Assembly: GCA_030141605.1 (NCBI GenBank)
Contig: JAQGDQ010001200.1
Coordinates: 1 to 55,814, forward strand
Length of the DNA: 55,814 bases
Source of the DNA: Tubiluchus corallicola
Taxonomy: Eukaryota; Animalia; Priapulida
Direction: 5' to 3'
The position numbers were made by a program, and so were the translations under genes. The notes beneath the pieces are model-generated. The model had not been told where the DNA came from, searched no databases, and saw only the letters and a program-made list of their open reading frames with translations. Position 1 is the first letter of the stretch. Each line of letters opens with the position of its first letter. Below are positions 25,781 through 37,965 of this stretch, piece after piece.

Positions 25781-28700
25781 CTGGATAAAAAATCATCCGC
25801 ATCTTGTGCTAATTAATAGAGTAAACAACGCAACCCACACAGAAACAAAAAACAAACAAACATTAAGAGACATGCATGCTTGAGTGCCATGCAATCTAGA
25901 AATTTAGATACAGTTGTGCATAAAAAAGAAAAATCTGTGCTAAATGGACGTGCAAAATTATCCAATGAGGTTTGTCGTTTGTACGGCAATGTACTCCAAA
26001 GGGTTCTAAGGCTTAAATTACACGGTATTAAACTCATTTCTGTCATGGTTAGTTCAACAAGTAACTGCATATTCTAGTGCATATGCACTTGAAAACGCAT
26101 TTACATCACAATTGCTACAAAATAGTAAGCATACAGTTTCAAAGTAAGTCAGCTTCTTAAAAGTACAGCTCCTTCACTGAGGTCTCTTAACCCTTTCATA
26201 CCCGTTGTATCCCACGGGATACGAGAATATTCTCTGCCTTTAAAATTAATAAAATTTTAAAACTGAGAGTTATTTGATCTTTTAATAATTATTTTGATTT
26301 AAGCCAATAACAATAGACTAAAAATAGTTATAAAATGGCAAACTAAAAAATCTACATAGCACAAAAAACTGTGTAAGGTACAGTACTTTAGAGATGTCTT
26401 TGCACAGATCAGCATAGCATGCATACTAAATGTCTTAAATACTTTAAAATGTATCCTGTGGGATACAGGCTATATTTAGCACACGGGCACAGGTAGAAAA
26501 AAATAATTTGGGACTGAAAGGGTTAAATAACTTCGTTTACAAGTTAAATGTGTACAAGTTAAAAGTTTACAAGTTAAAAATAATACTAAAAATTCACAAT
26601 ATTACTTGATAAACAACAAAATGCTCATTTAGAAGTTTATCAAATAAAAAATGCTCATGCAAAAGTACAATGCCACAATTTACAAGCATCTACACACATA
26701 TTTTACAGATTGACCATCGGAAATAATCATGTTCGGACATTAGGCTATTGTATAAAATTCACAATTGTATGTCAGCATTGACGAAAATTATATATAAACA
26801 ATTTAAAATTAAATATGAATTAAACAAAAAAAGTCCTACAGTGCAACAAATACATAGAAATATGAAAACACCTATACACGATTATCTAGCACATTAACCA
26901 TTAATATAAAACACAAATAGTAGTATCAACATCGCCATATAACAGCAGAAAAAACAGCCCTGTTGTATTATAGCACCGTTGCTTCTGCACTTAAAAAAAG
27001 TTGTTTATTATTTGCCACAACTACTAAGACTTTGTAAACAAAATATTTCTCCTAAATTTATGTTACAAGTCACAAGGCATACTAAGATATACAGTCACTA
27101 CACGTACTAAGTGTTTTAGACAGTAATTTTCCACAAAAGAGCTTTCCTACAATGTGGATGATTGTAATTAATGTGCTCAGCTGAAAACACATCCATAATG
27201 TTTTATACAAAAGCATCACAATTCTACAATAAATGCCCGAAGAACAAAAGCAGGAAGGAGACAGCAGCAAGTTAGACTGGCAGATAATAGGGGAGCAAGG
27301 GGAGCAACCGCTCCACCGGGTATGTTTTTCACAATTGACGCCTTTTCAACAATTTTGAAAACTCACTATAAAACTTTTTATTGTGTTTTAATTTTAAATA
27401 CAACATAACAACTTTATGTACTTCCTTTAAAACTGCATCTTCCCCGTGTCTTGATTTTAAACACAAAATTAAAATGCATAATCAATGCATTAAAAAATGT
27501 TTGTGTATGTATCTCGGCGCCTTTTTATGTGCTTCTCCCCCCCCCTAACTTTCGAACCTGGCTATCCCCCTGTTTAGACTATTATAATGGCTTTAACCCC
27601 TTCACGACTTGTAACATTATACTAACATACAGTGTACAACAATGGAGACAATGGCCACAAAGTAAACTCAATCGACATTTGACACCGCTCGCATCTCGCT
27701 CGCCTCGATGTAGCGGAGCTCCTCAAACTCCCGAGCCTTCTCCACCTCCTTGACGCGTGTATAGTTAGTCGCCAAACACACAAGGTATGTAATCTAGAAG
27801 AGGTGCATAATATACTATGACAAAGGTGCAAGAAAGTGCAGCATAACTGTGGAACAGGTGCAAAAGAGAAGCGAGATAAAAACAAGTGCAGCTACGATCG
27901 ACCAACAACTGATAGATGAACACAGTCGATTTTGCATGCAGAAACATATAACACTATTATTTACCAACTTATGTAAACAAGTTTAATTACCGGCTAAAGG
28001 AAAACCGGATAGTTTTTCACATTCTACCCCATTTTGAAGTACAGTAGATAGCATACATTTTAACACCTTTAGTAATGCTAGAGTATTTCTGATAATTAAA
28101 TGATAGTTTAAAAAATTTAATAAACAGCGGGTGAGTCCAGCTAGTTATGACATTGCAAATGAATATAATTTTCAACAGCACAAACATTCCCTGTTGCGTG
28201 TGTTTGCAAAAGCAGAAACTGAAGTACTACTGTACAACATTTAGCGTGAAATACAAAAAACTCAAGGTTACTTAACGCAAATTTCAAGGTTACCGCTGCA
28301 CTCTCACACAAGTTCTCGAACGTGTGCATTACGTCACAACTAAGCACTTCTGAACAGAGAGGTGCAGCACCTGTTTTTGTGCAGTGTGTTTCAGAGATGC
28401 AAGCGCTTGTGCCCATCTAACCAGCGAAAGGCGAAATTCATGCAATAGCGAAGAACTAATCAGACAAATGCGAAATTATGCATTCTTCAAAAGTAGTAAG
28501 TTCCCTTTCAGTACTGTACAGTGTAAATTGTTTTGAGCTATAGCTTAAGATTAGGTCCGGTTTTCCTTTAACAAAATACTGGATGCTGGGTTAATTACAT
28601 TACATTGTCTACATAATCTAAAAAACGTTTAATTGCGAAGGTTTGCAGAACGAATGTGGATTAATCATTATCATGCATTGTAAATTGAAGCTCTAAAGTG

Positions 28701-31700
28701 TAAGTAAATAAGACATGGTGTCTCTACAGGTATACACTTCACACTAATTGTCACCACTAATTTGCTATCAAACAAAATCAAAAATGATCTAAAATCGCTA
28801 TTAAACATCTTTGAACTATTATGACTGGTTTTATTTTCTTTATAGAATACTGAACGCTTACGCGCGAAGTTAACTTTCTCCTTTGCTAATTTAATTACAA
28901 GAGATAAGCTTTATTAATTTTTAAGATACGCGCAGAACGTAACTGTTTAAACAAGTCATGAGTAGTTTGCAGGTAAATAAAGCAAGTGTTGCCATGGAAA
29001 TGTGACATGCTAGAATTCAAATATCGTTTCTTATAACACAGTAGCTTATGAAAAATCTGCATACTCACCAAGCTCATCAAAACAACAGCTGCTGATATGT
29101 ATGCAACAATGTACAGTGGGTAAAGTTCGTTGGTCTGAAATAACAAATGTAAATTACCAAAGGATTTGGTACAATAAATCAAGAATGGCCAGTGATTTCT
29201 TCGCAACAGGTTGTAACATTTATAGCCGTTTCACTCAGATGTAACTAATTAACATGAAAACCAGCTAATTGCAACGTTAAGCCAAAGTTTTCTAGGCAAT
29301 GACCTTTAGATGACTTTTGACCCTATCATCATCCCGGACCAAATTACAATAAAAAAGTAAATTTGGTAAGTAATATTTGTGTGCTTGCATACCAAAACCG
29401 TGCATAAGTCGGCATACCGTATATACTCGCATATAAGCCGAATTTAGAACTATAAAATACAATACTGAAATCAGGGGTCGGCTTATATGCGCATGAAACA
29501 AAATGAACACAAGGACAGACACTAATGCCAATTTTCCAGCCACACATTTTCATCGCTATCTGACTCTTTATTTGGTTGTGTGTCACCCAATGTATAATTT
29601 CTTCTAGTATGTAACATAAAAGTAAGCATTTTACATCTTTATAGTAAAAAATTTCTATGAACCAAAAATACCCAATTAACAAAATGTGACAAAAAGGGAT
29701 CAATTTTGTTGATTGGGTATGGAGTAAAATTAGACAAGTTGATGGTCGGCTTATATACGGGTTTTTGCAAAAACTGGCCATTTTAAAGCACTTTTAGGGG
29801 GTCGGCTTATATGCGATGTAGGCTTATATGCGAGTATATACGGTAGTTAAAATTACATTATGTAGAATGTACAAAAATTTGGTCAAATGTCAATTTTTTG
29901 TTTTTTTTTTATAAAAATAAATGCTAAATATATTGGACTTTTATATTCTGACATCAAATTGTTCAAAAAATACTAAAAATCCAATTTTATAACACTGTAC
30001 CCATTTAGTGTTAAAAACATGTTTTGCAATTGTAAAAAACTTGTATTTTCAAACTCCAATAGTAGCTCGTGGAAGCATTCATTTCGCTTCGAGTTTTTGC
30101 TGTTGCCAAGCCCAGAATTTCGTCAGGAAGAGCCATCTACTGGATTTAAACATAACTTAACTGTGCGCTTGCAAAGTCCTTAGCAACCAATATTTGTGCA
30201 GTTGCTAAGTGTTTTGCAGAAATGCGACAAAAAACAATGGCTGACTTTAACAGTGATTTTCTCAAGATTGTGTTTTTCAGTGTACAACCTGCACCTCAAC
30301 TTCAACGTAGATTATCTCAGCTTAGAAATAACATAGAGCGATGAGCTTGGTATCACAATGATCCTAATGAAATGGAGATTCAGCATATGTGAACAACTAG
30401 AAAAGCTTAATTGCCGACTTATGGACGAATTTATTATGCAAACACACACATATATATTTCTTTTTTTGTAAAAAAACCATCACGTGCTACTGGCAAACTT
30501 GTAACAATGAAAAAATACACAAATGTAAAGAGTTTACCTTTTTACAGAAGTTTTTAAGACTGTTGTTGCAAAGTGGTGCAATCATATTCAATTCAGGAAA
30601 GAGAAAATCTGTAATAAAACAAACAGTTTGCTGAATCAAAACAATGTAGCTACAGAACAATGGTTTTACGCCTATAAACATACAAGTAGATGTAAAATAG
30701 TAGCCATAATTTTCTATTTGTAACTGCATACTGTCGAAGAATCATATGTGTTTTGTAAATTGAATTTATGCGAATATCATGCTTATGATAAATCAAATTA
30801 TTTTGTAGTTGGACATTGTCTTATTTGAATACACTAGTGGTGATTAAGTAACCAATATGCTATATGAATCATTATAAAGACGAAATTGACAAAATGTTGT
30901 TTGACAAATGAATGAGACAAGCAAACACAAATAACATGTTCTACAGTTATTCACAGTTCCAGCGATTGATGATCGTGAAAAGGTCAAAGGTTAAGTGTAC
31001 TAGACAACGCATTTGTGTAAACTTGACAATGCCTCGCAGCGCATGGTTTGTAATAGCAGTTTTAACAGCTAGCTAGAACCTTACCTAGTTCATTTTTTCT
31101 TGTTCCCAAGCAAGACCCTGCTAGTAAATCACTCTATACACAGACTAATGCATAATTAAGTAAATTACACGTAAAACAACTGACGTTACTGAACTGACAT
31201 GGCAGGCAGTCTTGCTTTACCCACATGTCACGTGACAGTTGTAGTTAAGACGCGTGGCAGTGGTCCACTTAACCTTTGACCTTAACACTTAACTTATTAA
31301 GCAAATAGTATTTGCACAATTTTTAGCATTTAATTCTGACGGCTAAAGTAGGTGATACTTCATAAAATATAAAATTTCTACATACCCCAGGCACTCAAAT
31401 CAAGGCAATTGTGCAGCTCGCCTTCGTTGTTCAACGCTTCTTGCCGACAGTAACCCCACAAGATAAGCATCATCACCATCCCAATACAAAGCAATGAAGC
31501 AACGACAATCCAGACAAATGATACAAGATATGTGAAGACAAGAAACTGAAATAAGTAAATTAGACACATTAAACATTATAAGTAAACACATTAATGAAAA
31601 GTATCAATCAGCAAATTTTATAGAACATTTCAAAACATTTGTAAAATCACTTTTTAGTTTTGTCAACTGACAACAACACTACTTTTTTGAAAAGTTCAAG

Positions 31701-34700
31701 TTAGAAAAAACTTGAAAAATGAAACGGCTTGAAACAACAGTTAAGTTACCACTGAATCACACACAGACCTCGTGTTCATTAGCATATCCCAAACGTAATT
31801 TTAATGTTTAACTTTGAAATAATATAAATTATTTTTACCAAACTTGTGCATTTAAGTAATTTTTTGTCTAACTTTTACAAAAATCAATTGTAATAACACC
31901 ACATGCTTTAACTTCTTAACAGAAGTTTGGTCATCATTTGGTAATACGAGTTGCCAGTGAAAAAGTTCAAATTATCAAGTTTTTACATATGTACTACATA
32001 ACTCTGTACACAGCAAAATTACACGGCATAAAATTGAGGAGCAAGTTTTTCTAAACTGCAAGTGAAAATGCAATGATCTTATTCTTTAATGCTGTAACCA
32101 TTAACACCCAAAGCAAAAACTGTTTAAGCTGCAAATTAATCATCTCAAATTTTGTAAAGCATCAAAGTGCAGATTTTCTCCACTAAGGATTGGTCTTGAC
32201 ATTCTATTTGTGACCAAAAGATTCTAGTCAAGCCAAGAATACAGAACAAATGACCAATGTTACTTTGCTTTAGAATTTTATAGTAGCAAAACCACTATAC
32301 TGTAAGTTTGCAGATTTATTCGTTGGACATAACATTAAACTAATCAACTAATTAATAGCAGACTTATTTACACAGTTCAATAAATGACACTCATTAGCAA
32401 GGCTACCGTAGTTAATGCAGATGGTTGTGGCAGTATCAGAACCCAGCTCACTCTTCAAGGATAATCCACTAAGACAGACACAAACCAACAGAGATGTCTT
32501 AGGAGCAAATGTTTTAATTCATATATATATTCTCCCTATGTACTTTAATTCATATACATGCAGTGAATGATGTAATACAACCGCAGACACAGCGTTCCAG
32601 ACAGTACTCAGTTTATTTACTAACCAGATTTGACTTTGCTTAACTTGAGTCGCTACGTGCACACTGTGACTACTCAACTGTTCTTCTTGACCGATGGTAA
32701 TGATGTTAATAAAATATACGGTTCTTTGTTGCAAGTGCAAGAAAATGTACAAATGATAGGAAAGTGACGAAATGACGCATTTATTCAATACAGTTTGGAC
32801 TTTTTTGTACTTTTGTTTGAAGAAAGTTGTTGTGTGGATTAGACCTTATACAAGCAAGTGATCATCCAGTCAATTCTATTAATGATTGGATGAAATAATT
32901 TCAAATTTGCTGCATACGCACAGCAAACATATTGGTAACTACTTAAACTAGTACTTTCAAAAGGCAATCACGCTTGAGATTCCTTTGCTTGTGGCATCAT
33001 TTCCGAATACTGAAGTTCCGGTTGTAAAATTCCAACCAAGAAGAAATATGTGAATTATTAGTTTATGATGTGCTTCACATCAATTATGAGTGAAAGAGAC
33101 AAAAACACCAACCAACCGCACACACGTGTTTTGACTGCTAAATCATTCAGATTAGAAGATAAATTATTAATCATAAACCATCAAATTATTTCTGAAGATG
33201 TCATCTCATTTATCATTCACAATTTTCCATACTAATCAAAGACTTGTACGAATGAACGAGCACTGGCGCTATTTGTCAAAATAATTTTATGGACTGTAAA
33301 CACTTACGAAGCCCAGACAGATGCGCCCACCGACACGGGAACTATTCCCGCTGTAAACTTTCTCCCGTGTGGCGCCAGTCGACAGGAAGCCCAGAATAAG
33401 TAGAAAAATTGCAATTAATCCAGTAGATGCTCCAAAAACCAACAAGACTATTTTGACTGTGTCGACCCTAAAAATAGACAGTTTATTTTTATTGAACAAT
33501 TTAGCAATATTAAATTTCATAAACATAAACAACCCGCTATGTGGTAAATTTTATTTGTTGATCAAAACAAAAAAATTAAAAAATCAATAAATGATACATG
33601 TAACAATGCAGCTTTGATTATAATATCCAAATGTACTACACCTTCATATCCTAAAGTCAGGTATGTACCTATAAGATTTTTTTAATTAATTTATTTGTTT
33701 ATTTTGTTTGTTAATTTAATTATTTACCTTTGCCAAAACTATAACAAATAGACTCAAAAAACATCTTCAAAACTGAATTTATTTTTTCCAGGCTACGCGA
33801 GTCTATTATATTATTTGAGGACAATAAACACAGACAAGTACAGCTTAATGCATGCCTACAACAAATATTCAATATGAAGTCTTACATACCAGCTAATACG
33901 AGCCTGAAAATGCTGGAAGGTGAGGTCATTAGTTCCCTCAATAGATGTATACATTGTGCCCAGAAATACAGCCAAGCCGATGATACACATGATCGTCGCA
34001 ATGAGAGAAGCAAACGGTGTTCGAGCGATGCAGCCACCTGTAAAATGAGTGCATTTATACAATCTGTACAATCATTCTTCATCATACAACACATTAAAAT
34101 TGAATCGAACATTATAACCTTCCAAAATTGATTCACAATTATTTACTTGATACTATAATAATATCGAGATTATGCCGAGTGATTAGGCACAAATGGCTTG
34201 TGGGTGCCTGGGATCGATACTTGAGCCGGGAGGTTTCATGCACCACACTGATCCCGTATGTTTACCTTGCAGGAGGACATAAACATTTCCGAATGTGGCT
34301 AAGACAGCTCTTCCACTTTAAAGGAAAACAGGACGATTGATTAGAGTCAATTTCATTTTAATTAACTGCCCAAAATGTACATTTTCTTGCCTATAAAAGT
34401 TAGCAATTGTTTCTAATATTTGAATAATTACCTTGAAAACTGAACACAACTATCGCTTACATCACAAACTAACCACAGTTTGTGCAATGGTAGGCATCTT
34501 CCCTGCGCGTCAAAGCATGTTTGCGTAAGTGAAGATTGCTATAAGATACTGATGTGATGACATGAAAATGAGCTGTATATCACACTGACATCACAGATGA
34601 ACACTGCAGTTCATGATCATGCTAATCACGGTACCGCACCTATTTGTCGGCCACGCAAACGTGACAAAAAGGCGCCATTGTCCATCTTAGTGGATTCGCT

Positions 34701-35889
34701 AAGCCACGCGTAGCTTTGAAAGTTTAACGAAATTTAACTATACGAGGTAATTATTAGTTAACCTAAGCTTTGATTTAAAAAAGCTGTTGTAGTTTTCAAT
34801 ATTTCAGAGCGTACTTTATTTTGAACTAATCTCTATACAATCATCCAGTTTTCCTTTAGAGGAATATATTCGCAATAATGAACTAGTCATGCTCCTAGTC
34901 ATGTCATAAACAACTACTTAGCATACAAAAAAATAAGTTATCCTGAAATGGACAAAGCATTCTTACTATGACTCTGAGACAGGATTTTGCGTTCCAGCCT
35001 TCTGTTCATACATGCCATATTAACTCTCAATTGTTATGCTCTCAGATACAATGTTACATTAAAAAGGCATTGTTTAAATCCTTTAAAACATGTACATAAA
35101 AGACTTATTTTATATGTACACATAAAGGCTGCTATAACATGGTATTTACTGTTCAGTTTTATTAGTTAAATTTGTCGGTTTTTAAATTTAGATTTTCAGA
35201 TGTGCTTATTCCTAATACAGGTGAGGAAAGTATCTTCTTCTTAGTAGTTTTCTTTAGCCAAAAAAGTCGTAGTCTGGAAGCTTTAGATTTTGTTTAGGTT
35301 TTATACCTAAAATAACTGAAACAGGTATAATAATAACTTCACTAGGCCAAACATTAATTCCAGTTTAATCAATTACTTAGTCGCTATATTCTGAGTAGCA
35401 TGAGCAACCGGTTAGTTTTAACAAAATAGAAAATTACTGCTATTGTAGAGAATGTTACTGCAATATGGGATCAAATGCACAATTTTAGTTTAATGCCATT
35501 TTTTTCAGATATGTTCCTACTTATTTAAATAGCAGAAAATACAATCCTTAGAGAAAAAAATCATGGTGTCACTATGAATCAGGAAAATGTTAAAGATCGA
35601 TTTTACTTGAATAACCCTATTAATTCCTTATTATCAATTTTTTAGATACTGCACTTCTATTTACTTAATTGTAAAGCACATAAATTCTCTGCCCAAAGTG
35701 AATTTAGTGTACAGTAAATTTAGTTAACTCTACATGAATGAAATGGACTGGCTAACTGCTAGTAACTGGCCTACTTTCTGAAGGACTAAGTAAATTTCGT
35801 GAGTAAAAATCACAAACGTTTGGTAAAAAATAATTAAAATAAAATGGCAAACTACAAAAAATGAAAATAAATAAACATGCCATACCCAT
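25652..35889 (-). CDS. M6: Proteolipid protein family M6 (PLP/DM20/GPM6-like) tetraspan membrane protein, about 245 aa
   Basis: Exons 35889-35886 (ATG G), 34037-33890, 33467-33308, 31545-31386, 30608-30538, 29134-29069, then 25780-25652 or 27793-27668. Introns are GT-AG and phases agree. Motifs PFASLIATIMC, GFLSTGATREKVY..GGRIC, CLDL, C..LKNFC and HYLICLAANYAHVKD; four hydrophobic segments. Confidence 0.92.
26191..26522. mobile_element. piggyBac-like MITE, family B copy 1
   Basis: TTAA|CCCTTTCA ... TGAAAGGG|TTAA; second copy at 48712..49170. Confidence 0.88.
27274..27572. mobile_element. Degraded hAT-like MITE
   Basis: G-rich left end (ggggagcaaggggagcaaccgc) and C-rich right end (ccccccctaac...ctggctatccccctg). 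Confidence 0.45.
27668..27793 (-). CDS. M6: M6 alternative terminal exon A (proximal)
   Basis: ctcttctag|ITYLVCLATNYTRVKEVEKAREFEELRYIEASEMRAVSNVD-TGA; a paralogue of the distal last exon. Confidence 0.85.
   Translation of the reverse strand: MTYLVCLATNYTRVKEVEKAREFEELRYIEASEMRAVSNVD
27995..28570 (+). mobile_element. TTAA-AGG-ended MITE (Kolobok/T2-like), family A
   Basis: TIR TAAAGGAAAACCGGA / TCCGGTTTTCCTTTA; body similar to 50639..51240. Confidence 0.85.
29069..29134 (-). CDS. M6: M6 exon (start of TM4)
   Basis: TNELYPLYIVAYISAAVVLMSL, donor gtgagt. Confidence 0.9.
29417..29843. mobile_element. Tc1/mariner-pogo-type MITE with TA TSD
   Basis: TA|CCGTATATACTCGCATATAAGCC ... GGCTTATATGCGAGTATATACGG|TA; internal GTCGGCTTATAT repeats. 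Confidence 0.9.
30538..30608 (-). CDS. M6: M6 exon (extracellular loop 2 cysteines)
   Basis: DFLFPELNMIAPLCNNSLKNFCKK; phase 1 to phase 0, as required. Confidence 0.88.
30950..31283 (-). mobile_element. Interspersed repeat family C, copy 1
   Basis: Inverted homologue of about 43180..43484; 18-bp inverted repeat at 30980-30997 and 31266-31283. Confidence 0.75.
31386..31545 (-). CDS. M6: M6 exon (TM3, extracellular loop 2)
   Basis: FLVFTYLVSFVWIVVASLLCIGMVMMLILWGYCRQEALNNEGELHNCLDLSAW. Confidence 0.92.
33308..33467 (-). CDS. M6: M6 exon (TM2 and loop)
   Basis: VDTVKIVLLVFGASTGLIAIFLLILGFLSTGATREKVYSGNSSRVGGRICLGF. Confidence 0.93.
33890..34037 (-). CDS. M6: M6 exon (TM1)
   Basis: GCIARTPFASLIATIMCIIGLAVFLGTMYTSIEGTNDLTFQHFQARIS. 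Confidence 0.92.
34318..34859. mobile_element. TTAA-AGG-ended MITE (Kolobok/T2-like) with a different body
   Basis: TTAAAGGAAAACAGGACGATTG ... CAATCATCCAGTTTTCCTTTAG. Confidence 0.75.
35886..35889 (-). CDS. M6: M6 start micro coding segment (ATG G)
   Basis: Minus strand reads aatatcATGG|gtatgg. It supplies the phase-1 base needed by the next exon, the same layout as vertebrate PLP1 exon 1. Confidence 0.65.
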
Positions 35890-36265
35890 GATATTCGATG
35901 ACTGCTGTATTCAACACAAATAAACAAATTCTTCGGTTAACACACCGTACGAACCAAGAAAATGAACAAGGCGGAAGCGGACAGGCTTAACTACTAACGT
36001 CTCAAGTACGATACAAGCAGTCAAAAAAGGCAAATCTCTTTAACTATTCAATGTATAACAAACAATTTTATTGCTAAACTGTCTACATATTATGAAAATA
36101 AAAAATTCAAAAACCACTTTTCACAGTCCTGTAAACACGAAATGACACCTAATGCGCACGCGCAAAAATCACTTTCTCTCGAATTCAAGTCGATTGTCAT
36201 TTGTTTTGAAATGAAGTTAACCAAAGGCAACAATAAACGAAAACAGACGTCCTCTGAAATATTAG

Positions 36266-36628
36266 TGATTTTACAAATTAATTGTAACAAGAATTATTGC
36301 TAAAATTGCGTTGTATTATGCGTGTTTCGTGGGTGTAGTACAACCATGACGTTCCTGTAAACTAATTGAGCAACATTTTACGAGTAGACGTCAATAAAGC
36401 AAAGAATCGCAAACTGGCTTTTGAATTAATCCAGTCTCCAGTATTGATTTTACAAATTAATTGCAACAAGAATTATTGCTAAAATTGCGTTGTATTATAC
36501 GTGTTTCGTGGGTGTAGTACAACCATGACGTTCGTGTAAACTAATTGAGCAACATTTTATGAGTAGACGTCAATAAAGCAAAGATTTTAATCGCAAACTG
36601 GCTTTTGAATTAATCCAGTCTCCAGTAT
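36266..36628. repeat. Tandem duplication, 2 x about 180 bp, upstream of M6
   Basis: 36266-36444 and 36445-36628 are near-identical. Confidence 0.9.
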
Positions 36629-37720
36629 ATTGGTATTCTTCAGTTTCATCAATCTCCCTATTACTTAGTGACTCCCTTAATGCTGGAATTCTTTCTGTTC
36701 TCGTGGATGTAACGTATTTTCAGTTTCACTATTTAGGTGTCAATCTTTTCGTTTTTCCGATTTCTTGACTGTTTTTTGAAAGATCTAAAAGGACACATGC
36801 AAAGGAAGTATAGTGATTTCAGACATCTGTTAACTCATACTGACTCTCCAAAACTAAAACCTTTATGAAGGGTGGAGGTGGTAAGGTCAGGTCCCCCATG
36901 AGAATTTTTGAGCCCTCCAATACTCCAAAAAATGATACTCAAACTAAGTCCTCCAGGGTATATCATGAGCAAGAAATCGGTACAACAAAAATGAATTGAT
37001 GAACTGTGATTTAGAAAACAGCTTTCTACATGTTTAAACTTTTTTGTGCATTTTAAAAACGACTTAATGATGGAGTGTAAATGTGCCGCATATTTAGCAT
37101 TTACTTTTATAAAAACAAAAAATTGATATTTTGACAGAATTTTTAATGCATTTTATTTTGAAGCAGAATAACATAGTTTTAACTATGCCGAGTTATGGAC
37201 GGCTTTGGTGTGCAAACACACATTTTATTTTGTTTGCCTTACTCAGGGTACGCACATCCTCGTTTGGCTTGTGGGCCCGTTTATTTTTTCAAACACCATA
37301 ACAAATCAGTTATTGTGCATTTGTGGTGGTACAAACACATAACTAATTAAATTTAAAACCAAATTGGAAAAACAAAAAATATGGCTAAAGTAGGAATAAC
37401 ACAACCTAGATCTAAATGAGCTACTTTTACAAGCGCATGCACCATGACATGACTTCTTGTTTTCACCACTCCAAATGTTTTTCGCCAGCCTTCCCAGTTA
37501 TACATGGATTTCACTTGTATTATAGTTGTATACTAATATGTTTATTTTTATGTCAGAGATAGAAATAAATTTGATTTCATTTGTTTCCCTGATCATGACA
37601 AATCAGAATTCCTGCAAGTCCCTTGATCAACATCGATTATTCATGTGTGCTGGTGACTAACATTGGGAATATATACAGTTATTATAAGGGATGAACTTAA
37701 ATTTGGAACTTTGACTGACC

Positions 37721-37793
37721 AACACCATAATGTCCCCGGCTATGGTGTCTGCCTTGTAAACAGAAGGTCCCTAATTCAAATCCAGGCGGTGTT
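37721..37793 (+). pseudogene. Degenerate tRNA-like sequence (tRNA-derived SINE head or pseudo-tRNA)
   Basis: 73 nt; acceptor-like stem AACACC/GGTGTT, anticodon arm TCTGc-CTTGTAA-aCAGA, AAGGTCCC and decayed B-box TTCAAATCC. D and T stems are broken. Confidence 0.55.
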
Positions 37794-37943
37794 GCAACTT
37801 TTCCGCATTTCGTATTTTTAAGTTCGGTTTCAAATTTTGTTGTTTGGTTTATACCACATGATTTTTTGTACTAACATTAACAATAATCCTGATTATAAAT
37901 AATTGTTCAAATTTTTCATTTTCTAAATTTATTTTTTTACCAG

Positions 37944-37965
37944 AGAAAGAGTAGTGATCATCATG
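37944..37965 (+). other. Candidate 22-nt 5'-UTR exon upstream of FIG4
   Basis: Strong acceptor tttttttaccag and consensus donor ATG|gtaagt. A matching acceptor (acttgttttcag) ends at 39697, 102 nt before the FIG4 ATG. Confidence 0.45.

Noticed and set aside
32410-32470. Possible extra M6 exon (…TICINYG)
   Set aside because: The available ag/gt boundaries do not fit the phase-0 intron and the similarity is weak.
33882-34136. Cys-rich peptide (MCCMMKNDCTDC) just upstream of M6 TM1, resembling the family N-terminus
   Set aside because: It is out of frame with TM1 and lies upstream of a good acceptor (ttttacag), so it is treated as intron. A read check for an indel would settle it.
37721-37793. 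Functional tRNA-Thr(TGT) gene
   Set aside because: The D and T stems and the A/B boxes are degenerate. It is kept only as a relic.
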